This document shows, in pieces, positions 1-11,276 of a stretch of 64,000 nt of DNA. Each line of letters starts with the position of its first letter. Positions within the stretch are counted from its first letter, which is position 1. Source of the DNA: Escherichia coli (lineage in GTDB: Bacteria; Pseudomonadota; Gammaproteobacteria; Enterobacterales; Enterobacteriaceae); assembly GCF_044324875.1 (NCBI RefSeq), contig NZ_CP172185.1. One strand, given 5' to 3'. The notes below the pieces were generated by a model. It searched no databases, had not been told where the DNA came from, and saw only the letters and a program-made list of their open reading frames with translations. The translations under genes were made by a program, and so were the position numbers.

Positions 1-2
1 TC

Positions 3-86
3 ACCGCCATCTGGCACAACATCGAGTCGGTGATGATAGAAGAGATGAATCAGACACCGCCACAATGGCCAATGATTTTGACTTGA
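3..86 (+). CDS. 3' end of a CDS that starts upstream of the window (27 codons, stop TGA 84-86); possibly the yjcB-like gene that lies next to ssb in K-12
   Basis: Open frame from the window edge to a stop, followed immediately by a hairpin plus T-run; identity inferred from synteny only. Confidence 0.3.
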   Translation, partial: TAIWHNIESVMIEEMNQTPPQWPMILT

Positions 87-93
87 TATATAG

Positions 94-121
94 AAGCCTC
101 CAAAACGGAGGCTTCTTTTTT
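94..121 (+). terminator. Rho-independent terminator between the upstream gene and ssb
   Basis: GAAGCCTCC-aaaac-GGAGGCTTC stem-loop followed by TTTTTT. Confidence 0.6.
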
Positions 122-184
122 ACGGCTGGCAGATGCTTTAATCATCCACCTTAAAACAATATAACCTATTGTTTTAATGACAAA

Positions 185-721
185 TCAGAACGGAATATCG
201 TCATCAAAGTCCATCGGCGGCTCGTTAGACGGTGCTGCCGGAGCAGACTGCTGCGGGCGAGACTGCGCGCCGCCGCTGAACTGATTGCCGCCCTGCGGCT
301 GCTGAGGCTGACCCCAACCGCCCTGCGGCTGACCACCACCGATATTGCCACCTGCAGGAGCGCCACCACCCTGACGACCACCCAACATCTGCATGGTGCC
401 ACCAACGTTCACCACGACTTCTGTGGTGTAGCGATCCTGACCGGATTGATCGGTCCATTTGCGGGTACGCAGCTGACCTTCGATATAAACCTGAGAACCT
501 TTACGCAGATATTCGCTGGCTACTTCTGCCAGTTTGCCGAACAGCACAACGCGGTGCCATTCAGTCTGCTCTTTCATCTCGCCGGTCGCTTTGTCACGCC
601 AGGATTCGGAAGTAGCCAGCGTAATGTTGGCAACAGCGCCACCATTTGGCATGTAGCGTACTTCCGGGTCCTGACCCAGATTACCAACGAGAATAACCTT
701 GTTTACGCCTCTGCTGGCCAT
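185..721 (-). CDS. ssb: Single-stranded DNA-binding protein
   Basis: 178-aa translation [28 protein letters not shown]... with Gly/Gln-rich tail ending DFDDDIPF, recognised as E. coli SSB. Confidence 0.97.
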   Translation of the reverse strand: MASRGVNKVILVGNLGQDPEVRYMPNGGAVANITLATSESWRDKATGEMKEQTEWHRVVLFGKLAEVASEYLRKGSQVYIEGQLRTRKWTDQSGQDRYTTEVVVNVGGTMQMLGGRQGGGAPAGGNIGGGQPQGGWGQPQQPQGGNQFSGGAQSRPQQSAPAAPSNEPPMDFDDDIPF

Positions 722-874
722 GTTCGTGTCTCCTGAAAAAAAATCATTCTGAATAAGTGTAAACGCGCGATTGTACCATTACCAATAGCGCTTTTACTAT
801 GTTGTGACCTCGGTTCCGGGAAACAAACCTGGCCAGACATTGTTACACAACACTCCGGGTATTGCATTCCAATA

Positions 875-890
875 CTGTATATTCATTCAG
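875..890. promoter_or_regulatory. LexA (SOS) box in the divergent ssb/uvrA promoter region
   Basis: CTGTATATTCATTCAG fits CTGT-N8-ACAG; position matches the known uvrA SOS operator. Confidence 0.8.
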
Positions 891-975
891 GTCAATTTGT
901 GTCATAATTAACCGTTTGTGATCGCCGGTAGCACCATGCCACCGGGCAAAAAAGCGTTTAATCCGGGAAAGGTGA

Positions 976-3798
976 ATGGATAAGATCGAAGTTCGGGGCG
1001 CCCGCACCCATAATCTCAAAAACATCAACCTCGTTATCCCCCGCGACAAGCTCATTGTCGTGACCGGGCTTTCGGGTTCTGGCAAATCCTCGCTCGCTTT
1101 CGACACCTTATATGCCGAAGGGCAGCGCCGTTACGTTGAATCCCTTTCCGCCTACGCGCGGCAGTTTCTGTCACTGATGGAAAAGCCGGACGTCGATCAT
1201 ATTGAGGGGCTTTCTCCTGCCATCTCAATTGAGCAGAAATCGACGTCTCATAACCCGCGTTCTACGGTGGGGACAATCACCGAAATCCACGACTATTTGC
1301 GTTTGTTGTTCGCCCGCGTCGGTGAGCCGCGCTGCCCGGACCACGACGTCCCGCTGGCGGCGCAAACCGTCAGTCAGATGGTGGATAACGTGTTGTCCCA
1401 GCCGGAAGGTAAACGCCTGATGCTGCTCGCGCCAATCATTAAAGAGCGCAAAGGCGAACACACCAAAACGCTGGAGAACCTGGCAAGTCAGGGTTACATC
1501 CGTGCTCGTATTGATGGCGAAGTCTGCGATCTTTCCGATCCGCCGAAACTGGAACTGCAAAAGAAACATACCATTGAAGTGGTGGTTGATCGCTTCAAGG
1601 TGCGTGACGATCTTACCCAACGTCTTGCCGAGTCGTTTGAAACCGCGCTGGAGCTTTCCGGTGGTACCGCGGTAGTTGCGGATATGGACGACCCGAAAGC
1701 GGAAGAGTTGCTGTTCTCCGCTAATTTCGCCTGCCCAATTTGCGGCTACAGTATGCGTGAACTGGAGCCGCGACTGTTTTCGTTTAACAACCCGGCAGGG
1801 GCCTGCCCGACCTGTGACGGCCTTGGCGTGCAGCAATATTTCGATCCTGACCGCGTGATCCAGAATCCGGAACTGTCGCTGGCTGGCGGTGCGATCCGAG
1901 GCTGGGATCGCCGCAACTTCTATTACTTCCAGATGCTGAAATCGCTGGCAGATCACTATAAGTTCGACGTCGAAGCGCCGTGGGGCAGCCTGAGCGCGAA
2001 CGTGCATAAAGTGGTGTTGTACGGTTCTGGCAAAGAAAACATTGAATTCAAATACATGAACGATCGTGGCGATACCTCCATTCGTCGTCATCCGTTCGAA
2101 GGCGTGCTGCACAATATGGAGCGCCGTTATAAAGAGACGGAATCCAGTGCGGTACGCGAAGAATTAGCCAAGTTTATCAGCAATCGCCCGTGCGCCAGCT
2201 GCGAAGGGACGCGTCTGCGTCGGGAAGCGCGCCATGTGTATGTCGAGAATACGCCGCTGCCTGCTATCTCCGACATGAGCATCGGTCATGCGATGGAATT
2301 CTTCAACAATCTCAAACTCGCAGGTCAGCGAGCGAAGATTGCGGAAAAAATTCTTAAAGAGATTGGCGATCGCCTGAAATTCCTCGTTAACGTCGGCCTG
2401 AATTACCTGACACTTTCCCGCTCGGCAGAGACACTTTCTGGCGGTGAAGCCCAGCGTATCCGTCTGGCGAGCCAGATTGGTGCGGGCCTGGTTGGCGTTA
2501 TGTACGTGCTGGACGAGCCGTCTATCGGCCTGCACCAGCGCGATAACGAGCGCCTGTTGGGTACGCTTATCCATCTGCGCGATCTCGGTAATACCGTGAT
2601 TGTGGTGGAGCACGACGAAGACGCGATTCGCGCCGCTGACCATGTGATCGACATTGGCCCGGGCGCAGGTGTACACGGCGGTGAAGTGGTCGCAGAAGGT
2701 CCACTGGAAGCGATTATGGCAGTGCCTGAGTCGTTGACCGGGCAGTACATGAGCGGCAAACGCAAGATTGAAGTGCCGAAGAAACGCGTTCCGGCGAATC
2801 CGGAAAAAGTGCTGAAGCTGACAGGCGCACGTGGTAATAACCTGAAAGACGTGACGCTGACGCTGCCAGTCGGTCTGTTTACCTGCATCACAGGGGTTTC
2901 AGGTTCCGGTAAATCGACGCTGATTAACGACACACTGTTCCCGATTGCCCAACGCCAGTTGAATGGTGCGACCATCGCCGAACCGGCACCGTATCGCGAT
3001 ATTCAGGGGCTGGAGCATTTCGATAAAGTGATCGATATCGACCAAAGCCCAATTGGTCGTACTCCGCGTTCTAACCCGGCGACCTATACCGGCGTGTTTA
3101 CGCCTGTGCGCGAACTGTTTGCGGGCGTACCGGAATCCCGTGCGCGCGGCTATACGCCGGGACGTTTCAGCTTTAACGTCCGTGGCGGGCGCTGCGAAGC
3201 CTGTCAGGGCGACGGCGTGATCAAAGTGGAGATGCACTTCCTGCCGGATATCTACGTACCGTGCGACCAGTGCAAAGGCAAACGCTATAACCGTGAAACG
3301 CTGGAGATTAAGTACAAAGGCAAAACCATCCACGAAGTGCTGGATATGACCATCGAAGAGGCGCGTGAGTTCTTTGATGCCGTACCTGCACTGGCGCGTA
3401 AGCTGCAAACGTTGATGGACGTTGGTCTGACGTACATTCGCCTGGGGCAGTCCGCAACCACACTTTCTGGTGGTGAAGCCCAGCGCGTGAAGCTAGCGCG
3501 TGAGCTGTCAAAACGCGGCACCGGGCAGACGCTGTATATTCTTGATGAGCCGACCACCGGTCTGCACTTCGCCGATATTCAGCAACTGCTCGACGTACTG
3601 CATAAACTGCGCGATCAGGGCAACACCATTGTGGTGATTGAGCACAATCTCGACGTGATCAAAACCGCTGACTGGATTGTCGACCTGGGACCGGAAGGCG
3701 GCAGTGGCGGCGGCGAGATCCTCGTCTCCGGTACGCCAGAAACCGTCGCGGAGTGCGAAGCTTCGCATACGGCACGCTTCCTCAAGCCGATGCTGTAA
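976..3798 (+). CDS. uvrA: Excinuclease ABC subunit A
   Basis: 940-aa translation [19 protein letters not shown]...; two ABC ATPase halves with Walker [10 protein letters not shown] and GVSGSGKST and zinc-finger Cys motifs. Confidence 0.98.
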   Translation: MDKIEVRGARTHNLKNINLVIPRDKLIVVTGLSGSGKSSLAFDTLYAEGQRRYVESLSAYARQFLSLMEKPDVDHIEGLSPAISIEQKSTSHNPRSTVGTITEIHDYLRLLFARVGEPRCPDHDVPLAAQTVSQMVDNVLSQPEGKRLMLLAPIIKERKGEHTKTLENLASQGYIRARIDGEVCDLSDPPKLELQKKHTIEVVVDRFKVRDDLTQRLAESFETALELSGGTAVVADMDDPKAEELLFSANFACPICGYSMRELEPRLFSFNNPAGACPTCDGLGVQQYFDPDRVIQNPELSLAGGAIRGWDRRNFYYFQMLKSLADHYKFDVEAPWGSLSANVHKVVLYGSGKENIEFKYMNDRGDTSIRRHPFEGVLHNMERRYKETESSAVREELAKFISNRPCASCEGTRLRREARHVYVENTPLPAISDMSIGHAMEFFNNLKLAGQRAKIAEKILKEIGDRLKFLVNVGLNYLTLSRSAETLSGGEAQRIRLASQIGAGLVGVMYVLDEPSIGLHQRDNERLLGTLIHLRDLGNTVIVVEHDEDAIRAADHVIDIGPGAGVHGGEVVAEGPLEAIMAVPESLTGQYMSGKRKIEVPKKRVPANPEKVLKLTGARGNNLKDVTLTLPVGLFTCITGVSGSGKSTLINDTLFPIAQRQLNGATIAEPAPYRDIQGLEHFDKVIDIDQSPIGRTPRSNPATYTGVFTPVRELFAGVPESRARGYTPGRFSFNVRGGRCEACQGDGVIKVEMHFLPDIYVPCDQCKGKRYNRETLEIKYKGKTIHEVLDMTIEEAREFFDAVPALARKLQTLMDVGLTYIRLGQSATTLSGGEAQRVKLARELSKRGTGQTLYILDEPTTGLHFADIQQLLDVLHKLRDQGNTIVVIEHNLDVIKTADWIVDLGPEGGSGGGEILVSGTPETVAECEASHTARFLKPML

Positions 3799-3803
3799 TC
3801 GTT

Positions 3804-3833
3804 AAGGCCGCTTTCTGAGCGGCCTTTTCCTTT
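3804..3833. terminator. Bidirectional rho-independent terminator between convergent uvrA and yjbR
   Basis: AAGGCCGC-tttctga-GCGGCCTT hairpin followed by a T-rich tract. Confidence 0.6.
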
Positions 3834-4189
3834 CAGAGTTGCACCAGCAATTTACGTTTTTCTTCCGGCAGCAAATTCACCGCCTGCTGATAAGACGCAT
3901 CCACCAGATAATAGATTTGCGAATCCGGTAGCGATCCGTCGAGATACACGGTGCTCCAGTGCGCTTTATTCAGATGGCGGCTTGGACGCACATCGCTGTG
4001 CTGCTGACGTAGCAGCTCCGCCAGCTCCGGGCTGGTTTTCAGCGAAACCGCCGGGCGATTTTCTACTTCTTTCACCATCGCAAACAGTACATCTTCCACT
4101 TTGATCTGCGTCGCTTTCCAGTCGTTATGCACGCTCTGTTCTGCGCCTGGTTTTGCCATGCAATATTGTAGCAACTCCGAAATGGTCAT
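3833..4189 (-). CDS. yjbR: Uncharacterised protein YjbR (118 aa)
   Basis: Translation MTISELLQYCMAKPGAEQSVHNDWKATQIKVEDVLFAMV..., length and position match K-12 yjbR. Confidence 0.85.
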   Translation of the reverse strand: MTISELLQYCMAKPGAEQSVHNDWKATQIKVEDVLFAMVKEVENRPAVSLKTSPELAELLRQQHSDVRPSRHLNKAHWSTVYLDGSLPDSQIYYLVDASYQQAVNLLPEEKRKLLVQL

Positions 4190-4192
4190 TTT

Positions 4193-4609
4193 TTACTCCC
4201 CTTGTAGTGTCGCGATAATGCGACGCGATCCGCCGTGGATGCGATGTTCCCCCAGCCAGATGCCTTGCCAGGTGCCGGTCTGAATACGCCCTTTATGCAC
4301 CGGCAATACAAGCGATGTTCCCAGCATTGAGGATTTGATATGAGAAGGCATATCGTCTGCTCCCTCATAGTCATGCTCATAATTTCCGTTGTCGGGAACG
4401 GTGCGGAGGAAAAAACGCTCCATGTCGTGGCGTACGGTGGGATCGCAGTTCTCATTAAGTGTCAGAGAGGCGGAGGTATGTTGCAGCAACAGATGCAGTA
4501 AACCGATGTTAACGCGCGGCATATCAGCCAGCTGATTCAGAATTTCATCCGTTACCAGATGAAACCCACGAGATTTGGCGCTAAGCGTGAGCGTCTTTTG
4601 ATACCACAT
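4193..4609 (-). CDS. yjbQ: UPF0047-family protein YjbQ (138 aa)
   Basis: Translation [23 protein letters not shown]..., synteny between aphA and yjbR. Confidence 0.85.
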
Positions 4610-4719
4610 GTGCTGCTCCTTGATAAAACTCTCTTAATCAGTTTGCAGCAAGACAGAGAAAGGATAAAGGTGTGATTAAAAAAACAGCATTCGGGAGAGT
4701 GTCACGCTCTCCCGCTCTG

Positions 4720-5622
<903 letters not shown>

Positions 5623-5833
5623 TCAATGAAGGATACATTAATTTTACGTTTATTATGATGAATCCTCTGCAAATGAGCGAAATTTGATAGAACATTTATC
5701 TGCTGTACGATTTAATGAACTTAATGATACAGCATTACAAAAACAATCGAAGTTTATAAAGATGATTTCTGATTGACCAGAACCCTACCCTACAATGGTG
5801 ACTAATTTTATTACTCTCGAAGGAGATGATGAT

Positions 5834-6337
5834 ATGAATATATCATATGTGAATAGCAACAAAATGACATCTTTACCTGTTGAGCTAGATGCACTAAATA
5901 ATAAAGATATCTCTTATTCCAAAGATTTTTCTTATGCCAAAGATCTCTTTTTATATATAGAAACACAGTTAAAAATTGCAAAAGATTTTTGTAGACCAGG
6001 AGAGGAAGTATCAAGATCTATTGCAAATAAAGTTTTTCATGCATTTATTGATTTAGTTAACAAAATCAGAGGCAAGAAAGATTGTATGTATATTTGCACA
6101 CTTTGCTGTTTTGCCGAGGAGGTTAAAGGTGATTATTCTCATTACAGAACCTTTTTATTTGATATTGGTAATCAATATAAGGTTAAACTTACACAAAGCG
6201 GAAAAAAAGAGTTCTCTTTAACATTAGAATTTAACGATACTATAATTGAATCTCAGAAAGTCACAGGCAATAAGGCAAAGCATATTCTTGAGGATATAGA
6301 AATATTCTATCGTAACAAACCCGATACTTATTATTAA
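5834..6337 (+). CDS. Hypothetical protein (167 aa from the ATG preceded by GAAGGAG; track ORF starts at 5795), AT-rich, Cys cluster CMYICTLCC
   Basis: Long ORF in a visibly AT-rich islet between aphA and tyrB; Shine-Dalgarno 8 nt upstream of ATG 5834; no recognised family. Confidence 0.5.
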   Translation: MNISYVNSNKMTSLPVELDALNNKDISYSKDFSYAKDLFLYIETQLKIAKDFCRPGEEVSRSIANKVFHAFIDLVNKIRGKKDCMYICTLCCFAEEVKGDYSHYRTFLFDIGNQYKVKLTQSGKKEFSLTLEFNDTIIESQKVTGNKAKHILEDIEIFYRNKPDTYY

Positions 6338-6558
6338 ATTTAATAATGGTTAGATGTGCAGAAATTATTACTCCACACGGTAAAACAGGGAAAAGCACTC
6401 CAGAACATTGGGATAAACTTAACAAGTTAGAACTAACAACGTTTTATTACCTCTCACGTAGAACGATGGCATCAAAAAAATCATCTATAAAGCAAGAGTG
6501 AAAGCGACGACAGTTTAATTTCACTGCAGGCTGGATAACTCCAGCCTGCTTTCCTGCA

Positions 6559-7752
6559 TTACATCACCGCAGCAAACGCCTTTGCCACACGTTGTACATT
6601 TGCCGTATTTAACCCGGCGACACACATGCGACCGCTGGCGATGAGATAGACACCAAATTCTTCACGTAGTCGGTCAACCTGAGCGGCACTTAAACCGGTA
6701 TAACTGAACATGCCGCGCTGATTAAGCAGATAATCGAAATTGCGTTCTGGCATCTCTGTGCTTAATACCTTCACCAGTTCCTGACGCATTGCCAGAATGC
6801 GAGTACGCATCTCTTCTACTTCCGCCAGCCAGCTGGCTTTCAATGCCTCGTCATTCAGCACTGCAGCCACCACCTGCGCACCAAAATTCGGCGGGCTGGA
6901 GTAGTTGCGGCGAACTGTTGCTTTCAATTGCCCCAGTACGCGGCCTGCAGCTTCGGCATCTTCACACAGAACAGAAAGTCCGCCAACGCGCTCGCCGTAA
7001 AGGGAGAAAATTTTCGAGAACGAATTGCTCACCAGAGCGGGTAATCCAGCGCTGGCAATGGCGCGAATGGCGTAGGCATCCTCTTCCATACCGGCACCAA
7101 ATCCTTGATAGGCAATATCAAGAAATGGGATAAGCTCGCGGGCTTTGAGAATTTCAATCACCGCATCCCACTGGTTATTAGTGAGATCGGCACCCGTTGG
7201 GTTGTGGCAACATGGGTGGAGCAACACAATACTGCGGGCAGGTAATGTTTTTAGCGTCGCCAACAGGTCATTAAAGCGCACGCCGTTAGTCGCTTCGTCA
7301 TACCAGGGGTAAGTACTCACTTCGAATCCAGCCCCGGCGAATATTGCTACGTGGTTTTCCCAGGTAGGATCGCTGACCCAGACGCCTGATTCCGGGAAGT
7401 AGCGTTTCAGGAAATCTGCGCCCACTTTCAATGCCCCTGAGCCGCCAAGGGTTTGAATGGTTGCTACGCGCTGTTGTTGCAGTACCGGATGGTCCGCACC
7501 AAACAGCAGCGGCGCAATGGCATGGCGATAGCTGTTAAGCCCTTCCATCGGTAAATAAAGCGAAGCGCCATGAGGCTGCGCATTCAGGCGCGCTTCCGCA
7601 TCCGCCACGGCTTTCAGTTGGGGAATAATTCCGTCTTCGTTGTAGTACAGACCGATACTTAAATTCACTTTGTCGCTGCGAGGGTCTTCTTTGAAACGCT
7701 CCATAAGCGTAAGAATCGGGTCGCCAGCGTAGGCGTCAACTTTTTGAAACAC
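6559..7752 (-). CDS. tyrB: Aromatic-amino-acid aminotransferase (GTG start; track ORF extends to 7794)
   Basis: Translation (V)[40 protein letters not shown]... gives 397 aa from the GTG; GGAG Shine-Dalgarno upstream. Confidence 0.95.
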   Translation of the reverse strand: MFQKVDAYAGDPILTLMERFKEDPRSDKVNLSIGLYYNEDGIIPQLKAVADAEARLNAQPHGASLYLPMEGLNSYRHAIAPLLFGADHPVLQQQRVATIQTLGGSGALKVGADFLKRYFPESGVWVSDPTWENHVAIFAGAGFEVSTYPWYDEATNGVRFNDLLATLKTLPARSIVLLHPCCHNPTGADLTNNQWDAVIEILKARELIPFLDIAYQGFGAGMEEDAYAIRAIASAGLPALVSNSFSKIFSLYGERVGGLSVLCEDAEAAGRVLGQLKATVRRNYSSPPNFGAQVVAAVLNDEALKASWLAEVEEMRTRILAMRQELVKVLSTEMPERNFDYLLNQRGMFSYTGLSAAQVDRLREEFGVYLIASGRMCVAGLNTANVQRVAKAFAAVM

Positions 7753-7947
7753 GCGATGGTTCTCCAGGTTTACGGGCAGGTGGTTAAAACACAATAAACC
7801 GGAAGAAGGCGAAGATCGAGTGGATGTTCAGGGGCGAACGGCAATTAGCAACAGAGTGAGACTCATGACAAACGTACATCCGCCAGAGGCACGGCCTTCA
7901 TAAGAGCATGAAAGAATATCAACTTATTGAATTGGTAGGATTTTATT

Positions 7948-7964
7948 GGCCGGATAAGGCATTC
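7948..7964. repeat. Left half of a REP palindromic unit split by the IS insertion
   Basis: GGCCGGATAAGGCATTC joins 12042-12058 TTCACGCCGCATCCGGC to give a typical REP palindrome once the IS and one TTC copy are removed. Confidence 0.7.
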
Positions 7965-8015
7965 TGAACTGCACCCCAAATGTTGGACATAATCTGACAT
8001 CTGAAGGTGCAGTTT

Positions 8016-8537
8016 ATGAAACATTCATTTGAAGTAAAACTTGCCGCTGTAAATCATTACCTGGCCGGTCATGCAGGCATCATTTCTACGGCAAAACTCT
8101 TTCAACTTTCTCACACCAGCCTCTCACACTGGATTAATCTTTTTCTTCTTCACGGTCCTCGGGCACTGGATTGCAGACACAAGCGTAGCTATTCTCCTGA
8201 AGATAAACTTTGCGTGGTTCTTTATGCTCTCGGGCATTCTGAGTCTCTACCCCGGGTAGCTGCCCGGTTTAACATTCCCAGCCACAACACGGTTAAAAAC
8301 TGGATAAAAGGCTACCGCAAATCTGGTAATGAGGCCTTTATCAGGCGCTGGAAGGAGAAAAGCATGACCCGTTCTGATGATACCCATGAAAACGAGGCAA
8401 ACATGACGCCGGAAGAGATGAAGAATGAGCTGCGTTATCTTCGCGCAGAAAATGCATATCTGAAAGCCATGCAGGAGCATCTCCTGGAAAAAAAGCGCCA
8501 GGAGCTGGAGAAAAAACGAAAGTCATCCGGAGCCTGA
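8016..8537 (+). CDS. IS3-family transposase OrfA (HTH / leucine-zipper part)
   Basis: 173-aa translation MKHSFEVKLAAVNHYLAGHAGIISTAKLFQLSHTSL... recognised as IS150-group OrfA. Confidence 0.85.
   Translation: MKHSFEVKLAAVNHYLAGHAGIISTAKLFQLSHTSLSHWINLFLLHGPRALDCRHKRSYSPEDKLCVVLYALGHSESLPRVAARFNIPSHNTVKNWIKGYRKSGNEAFIRRWKEKSMTRSDDTHENEANMTPEEMKNELRYLRAENAYLKAMQEHLLEKKRQELEKKRKSSGA
8489..8495 (+). other. Programmed -1 ribosomal frameshift heptamer A AAA AAG (orfA to orfB)
   Basis: A_AAA_AAG sits in the orfA zero frame (codons GAA AAA AAG); the -1 frame then reads ...RSTLYYQLSLQKAKDKYA, a typical OrfB N-terminus. Confidence 0.7.
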
Positions 8538-8637
8538 GGTGCGGATACTGCCAGTCTGATCTGTTAAAGGCTGCAGGGCTGGCCAGAAGCACGCTGTACT
8601 ACCAGCTGTCACTGCAGAAGGCTAAGGACAAGTATGC

Positions 8638-8775
8638 TGCAAAATGGCATCTGAATCGATCGCAGTTTGGCATTCGAATCGATCATGATTTGGCATCCAT
8701 CTCCGATCACAGTTTGGCATCACAATCGATCACGATTTGGCATGCTTCCGATCATTGATTGGCATCCTGCCAGTC
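8638..8775 (+). repeat. Six tandem 22-24 bp direct repeats at the IS21-family left terminus
   Basis: Units of the form nnnnTTTGGCATnnnnnnCGATC repeated six times. Confidence 0.8.
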
Positions 8776-8839
8776 ACTCCGGGAATTAACTCTTTTCACC
8801 ACAGTCTCCATTGCCGTGTTTAAACCAGTGGAGACGTCA

Positions 8840-10405
8840 ATGTCCAGAAAGAGAAAATCCAGGAGCACTATGGAAACCTGTTTTAAGATCCTTCAGCTCA
8901 AGTTCGACAAGAAGCTGACTAACCGTTGTATCGGACTGACGTTACACATCAGCGCCTCAACCGTTTTTGAGGTTCTTGCCCGCTTCAAAGCCTCTTCTCT
9001 GTCATGGCCATTACCTGCTGATATATCCCATGACACGCTGGAGAAACTCATTTTTCCGCCCAAAGACACCTTTGCATCAGAGCTTGTAATGCCTGACATG
9101 TTGTACTTCGATACGGAAATGAGAAAACCAGGTGTGACGCGGCAACTGTTGTGGATGGAATACAAGGCACAGGCGGGTAACAAAGCGATGGGATACTCGC
9201 ACTTCTGCCGTTGCTACCGGGAGTGGAAAAAAACGCGACGTCTCTCCATGCGCCAGGAGCATCGTGCCGGCGAAAAGCTTTTTATCGACTTCTGTGGTCC
9301 TACGGTTCCTGTTATTAATCCGGACACCGGTGAGATACGCCGCGTGGCAATCTTCGTGGCCGTAATGGGGGCGTCCAACTATACCTACGTTGAAGCGTGC
9401 GAAGGTCAGGACATGATGTCATGGTTAAATGCCCACAGCCGTTGCCTGACCTTCCTGGGCGGCGTACCGAAGCTGCTCATCCCCGATAACCTCAGAAGCG
9501 CAGTGAAAAAGGCCGATCGATATGAGCCTGTCATCAACGACAGTTATCAGGCACTGGCTGAGCACTATGGCACGGTTATCATCCCGGCCCGACCACGCAA
9601 ACCTAAAGATAAACCAAAAGCAGAAAACGGCGTCCTCATCGTTGAACGATGGCTTCTTGCCCGCATCCGTAATGAAACCTTCCACACGCTCAGGGCGCTG
9701 AATGCGCGCCTTAGGGAGTTACTGACAGACATGAATAACCGGCCAATGAAGGGGTACGGCAATCAAACCCGTGCAGAACGCTTCCGCATACTGGATGCGC
9801 CAGCACTCTCTCCGCTGCCTCTGGCACCTTATGAATACACGGAATACAAAGCTGTGAAGGTTGGCCCTGACTACCACGTTGAATATGCCCGTCACTGGTA
9901 CTCCGTTCCACACGAACTGGTCGGTCAGCGTCTGTCACTGAAGGCGGGGCAGTCGGTGGTACAGCTCTGGCACAAGGGGCAGTGTGTGGCGCAACATCCG
10001 CGCAGCACACATGAATATAAACACACAACCAATCCGCTTCACATGCCAGAGCGCCACCGGCAGCACGGGACATGGACACCGGAACGCCTGATCGAGCAGG
10101 GAAAACGTACGGGCCCGTCCACAGGCCGGGTGGTTGAATCCATGCTGAAGGCAAAACCCCATCCGGAACTGGCTTATCGTGCAGTTCTGGGGCTGCTGGC
10201 ACTTCAGAAAAAATACGGCCCGGAACGGCTGGAAAAGGCCTGTTACGTTGCCCTGCACTATAACGCCCCTGACAGACGCTTTATCGACAATCTGCTGCGT
10301 CACCATCGGGAGAACCTGGAGCTTCCATTATCCCGCCAGGGCGAACAACATCCGGCATATGCTTCAGAGCATGAAAACCTGCGTGGTCCGGGCTACTACC
10401 ACTGA
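8840..10405 (+). CDS. istA: IS21-family transposase IstA (track ORF starts at 8759; ATG 8840 has a GGAG Shine-Dalgarno)
   Basis: Translation MSRKRKSRSTMETCFKILQLKFDKK... with N-terminal HTH and central DDE-integrase region (...FIDFCGP..., ...IIPARPRKPKDK...). Confidence 0.8.
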   Translation: MSRKRKSRSTMETCFKILQLKFDKKLTNRCIGLTLHISASTVFEVLARFKASSLSWPLPADISHDTLEKLIFPPKDTFASELVMPDMLYFDTEMRKPGVTRQLLWMEYKAQAGNKAMGYSHFCRCYREWKKTRRLSMRQEHRAGEKLFIDFCGPTVPVINPDTGEIRRVAIFVAVMGASNYTYVEACEGQDMMSWLNAHSRCLTFLGGVPKLLIPDNLRSAVKKADRYEPVINDSYQALAEHYGTVIIPARPRKPKDKPKAENGVLIVERWLLARIRNETFHTLRALNARLRELLTDMNNRPMKGYGNQTRAERFRILDAPALSPLPLAPYEYTEYKAVKVGPDYHVEYARHWYSVPHELVGQRLSLKAGQSVVQLWHKGQCVAQHPRSTHEYKHTTNPLHMPERHRQHGTWTPERLIEQGKRTGPSTGRVVESMLKAKPHPELAYRAVLGLLALQKKYGPERLEKACYVALHYNAPDRRFIDNLLRHHRENLELPLSRQGEQHPAYASEHENLRGPGYYH

Positions 10406-10421
10406 CAGAAGGAACAACAGT

Positions 10422-11177
10422 ATGAGTGATAACCTGTTAAACAAACTGACCCAACTGAAACTCCCGGCGATGGCCGGGAGCCTGATACGGCAGCGGGAAA
10501 CGCCTCAGACCTACGACGAACTGTCGTTCGAGGAAAGGCTGACGCTGCTGGTTGATGACGAGCTTCTGAGCAGGGAAAACAGCCGTGTGGCACGGTTGAG
10601 AAAAAATGCCGGCCTGAAATACCAGGCAACACCGGAAGGGCTGCGCTATCCGGCCTCAAGAGGTCTGCGGGCTGAACAGATGAGAGAACTGCTGAACGGC
10701 CACTACATAACCCACAGGAAAAACCTGCTGATAACCGGTCCGACAGGATGTGGCAAGAGCTGGATAGCCAATGCGCTGGGCGAACAGGCATGTCGACAGA
10801 AACACAGCGTCCGGTACTGTAGAACCGGGCGATTACTGGAACAACTGGCTCAGGGACGTGTTGATGGCAGCTGGCTGAAATATCTGAAACAGTTGCAAAA
10901 AATACAGGTTCTAATCCTGGACGATCTGGGGCTGGAACAGTTAAGTAACGCCCAGTGTAATGACCTTCTGGAGCTCATAGAGGATCGTTACGGACAAAGC
11001 AGCACGATAGTGGTAAGCCAGTTCCCGGTAGATAAATGGCATGGTCTGATGGAGAACCCAACAACAGCAGATGCCATCCTGGACAGACTGGTACATAACT
11101 CACACCGAGTGGTCCTTCAGGGAGAGTCACTGAGGAAAAATCCCCCGGTAGTGGAAAGCAGCGAAAAAACGCGTTAA
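10422..11177 (+). CDS. istB: IS21-family ATP-binding helper protein IstB
   Basis: 252-aa translation MSDNLLNKLTQLKLPAMAG... with Walker A GPTGCGKSW and Walker B VLILDDLG; starts 17 bp after the istA stop. Confidence 0.85.
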   Translation: MSDNLLNKLTQLKLPAMAGSLIRQRETPQTYDELSFEERLTLLVDDELLSRENSRVARLRKNAGLKYQATPEGLRYPASRGLRAEQMRELLNGHYITHRKNLLITGPTGCGKSWIANALGEQACRQKHSVRYCRTGRLLEQLAQGRVDGSWLKYLKQLQKIQVLILDDLGLEQLSNAQCNDLLELIEDRYGQSSTIVVSQFPVDKWHGLMENPTTADAILDRLVHNSHRVVLQGESLRKNPPVVESSEKTR

Positions 11178-11199
11178 AAAGCGGTAGAAAAAGTTAAGT

Positions 11200-11276
11200 T
11201 CCCGGTTGATCGAATGGATGCGAATCGCTGATCGGACTTCGATGCCAATCCGTGATCGAATAGAGCGGAATACGCA
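11200..11276 (+). repeat. About three inverted copies of the same repeat unit at the IS21-family right terminus
   Basis: Reverse complement reads TGCGTATTCCGCTCTATTCGATC / ACGGATTGGCATCGAAGTCCGATC / AGCGATTCGCATCCATTCGATC. Confidence 0.7.

Larger units (their letters stand above)
8638..11276 (+). mobile_element. IS21-family insertion sequence (istA-istB), 2639 bp, 6-bp TSD GTATGC
   Basis: TG...CA termini, GTATGC at 8632-8637 and 11277-11282, multiple terminal direct repeats, IstA and IstB ORFs with the stop/start spacing typical of IS21 elements. Confidence 0.85.

Noticed and set aside
166-458. Overlapping 77-79 aa minus-strand ORFs
   Set aside because: Alternative frames of ssb; the repetitive Gly/Gln-rich tail of ssb keeps other frames open
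1225-2112. 295-aa ORF on the minus strand
   Set aside because: Entirely antisense within uvrA, whose identity is unambiguous; no ribosome-binding site and a biased composition typical of a shadow ORF in GC-rich coding sequence
5811-6014. 67-aa minus-strand ORF
   Set aside because: Antisense to the longer, Shine-Dalgarno-preceded 167-aa ORF; likely a by-product of AT-rich sequence, though it may be what some annotations call yjbS
6527-6550. Hairpin GCAGGCTGGATAACTCCAGCCTGC downstream of tyrB
   Set aside because: Good stem but no convincing U-tract on the tyrB strand; not called as an intrinsic terminator
8638-8775. Possible CRISPR-like or iteron array
   Set aside because: Units are contiguous with no spacers, there are no cas genes nearby, and the array sits at the terminus of an IS21-family element where multiple transposase-binding repeats are expected
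8759-8839. N-terminal extension of the istA ORF in the track
   Set aside because: Begins inside the IS21 terminal repeat array; the ATG at 8840 with a GGAG Shine-Dalgarno is the plausible start
11206-11276. Start of the 267-aa ORF 11206-12009
   Set aside because: The first 24 codons lie inside the IS21-family right terminus (TTG alternative start); the real coding sequence is the C-terminal part of the interrupted IS3 orfB resuming at 11277
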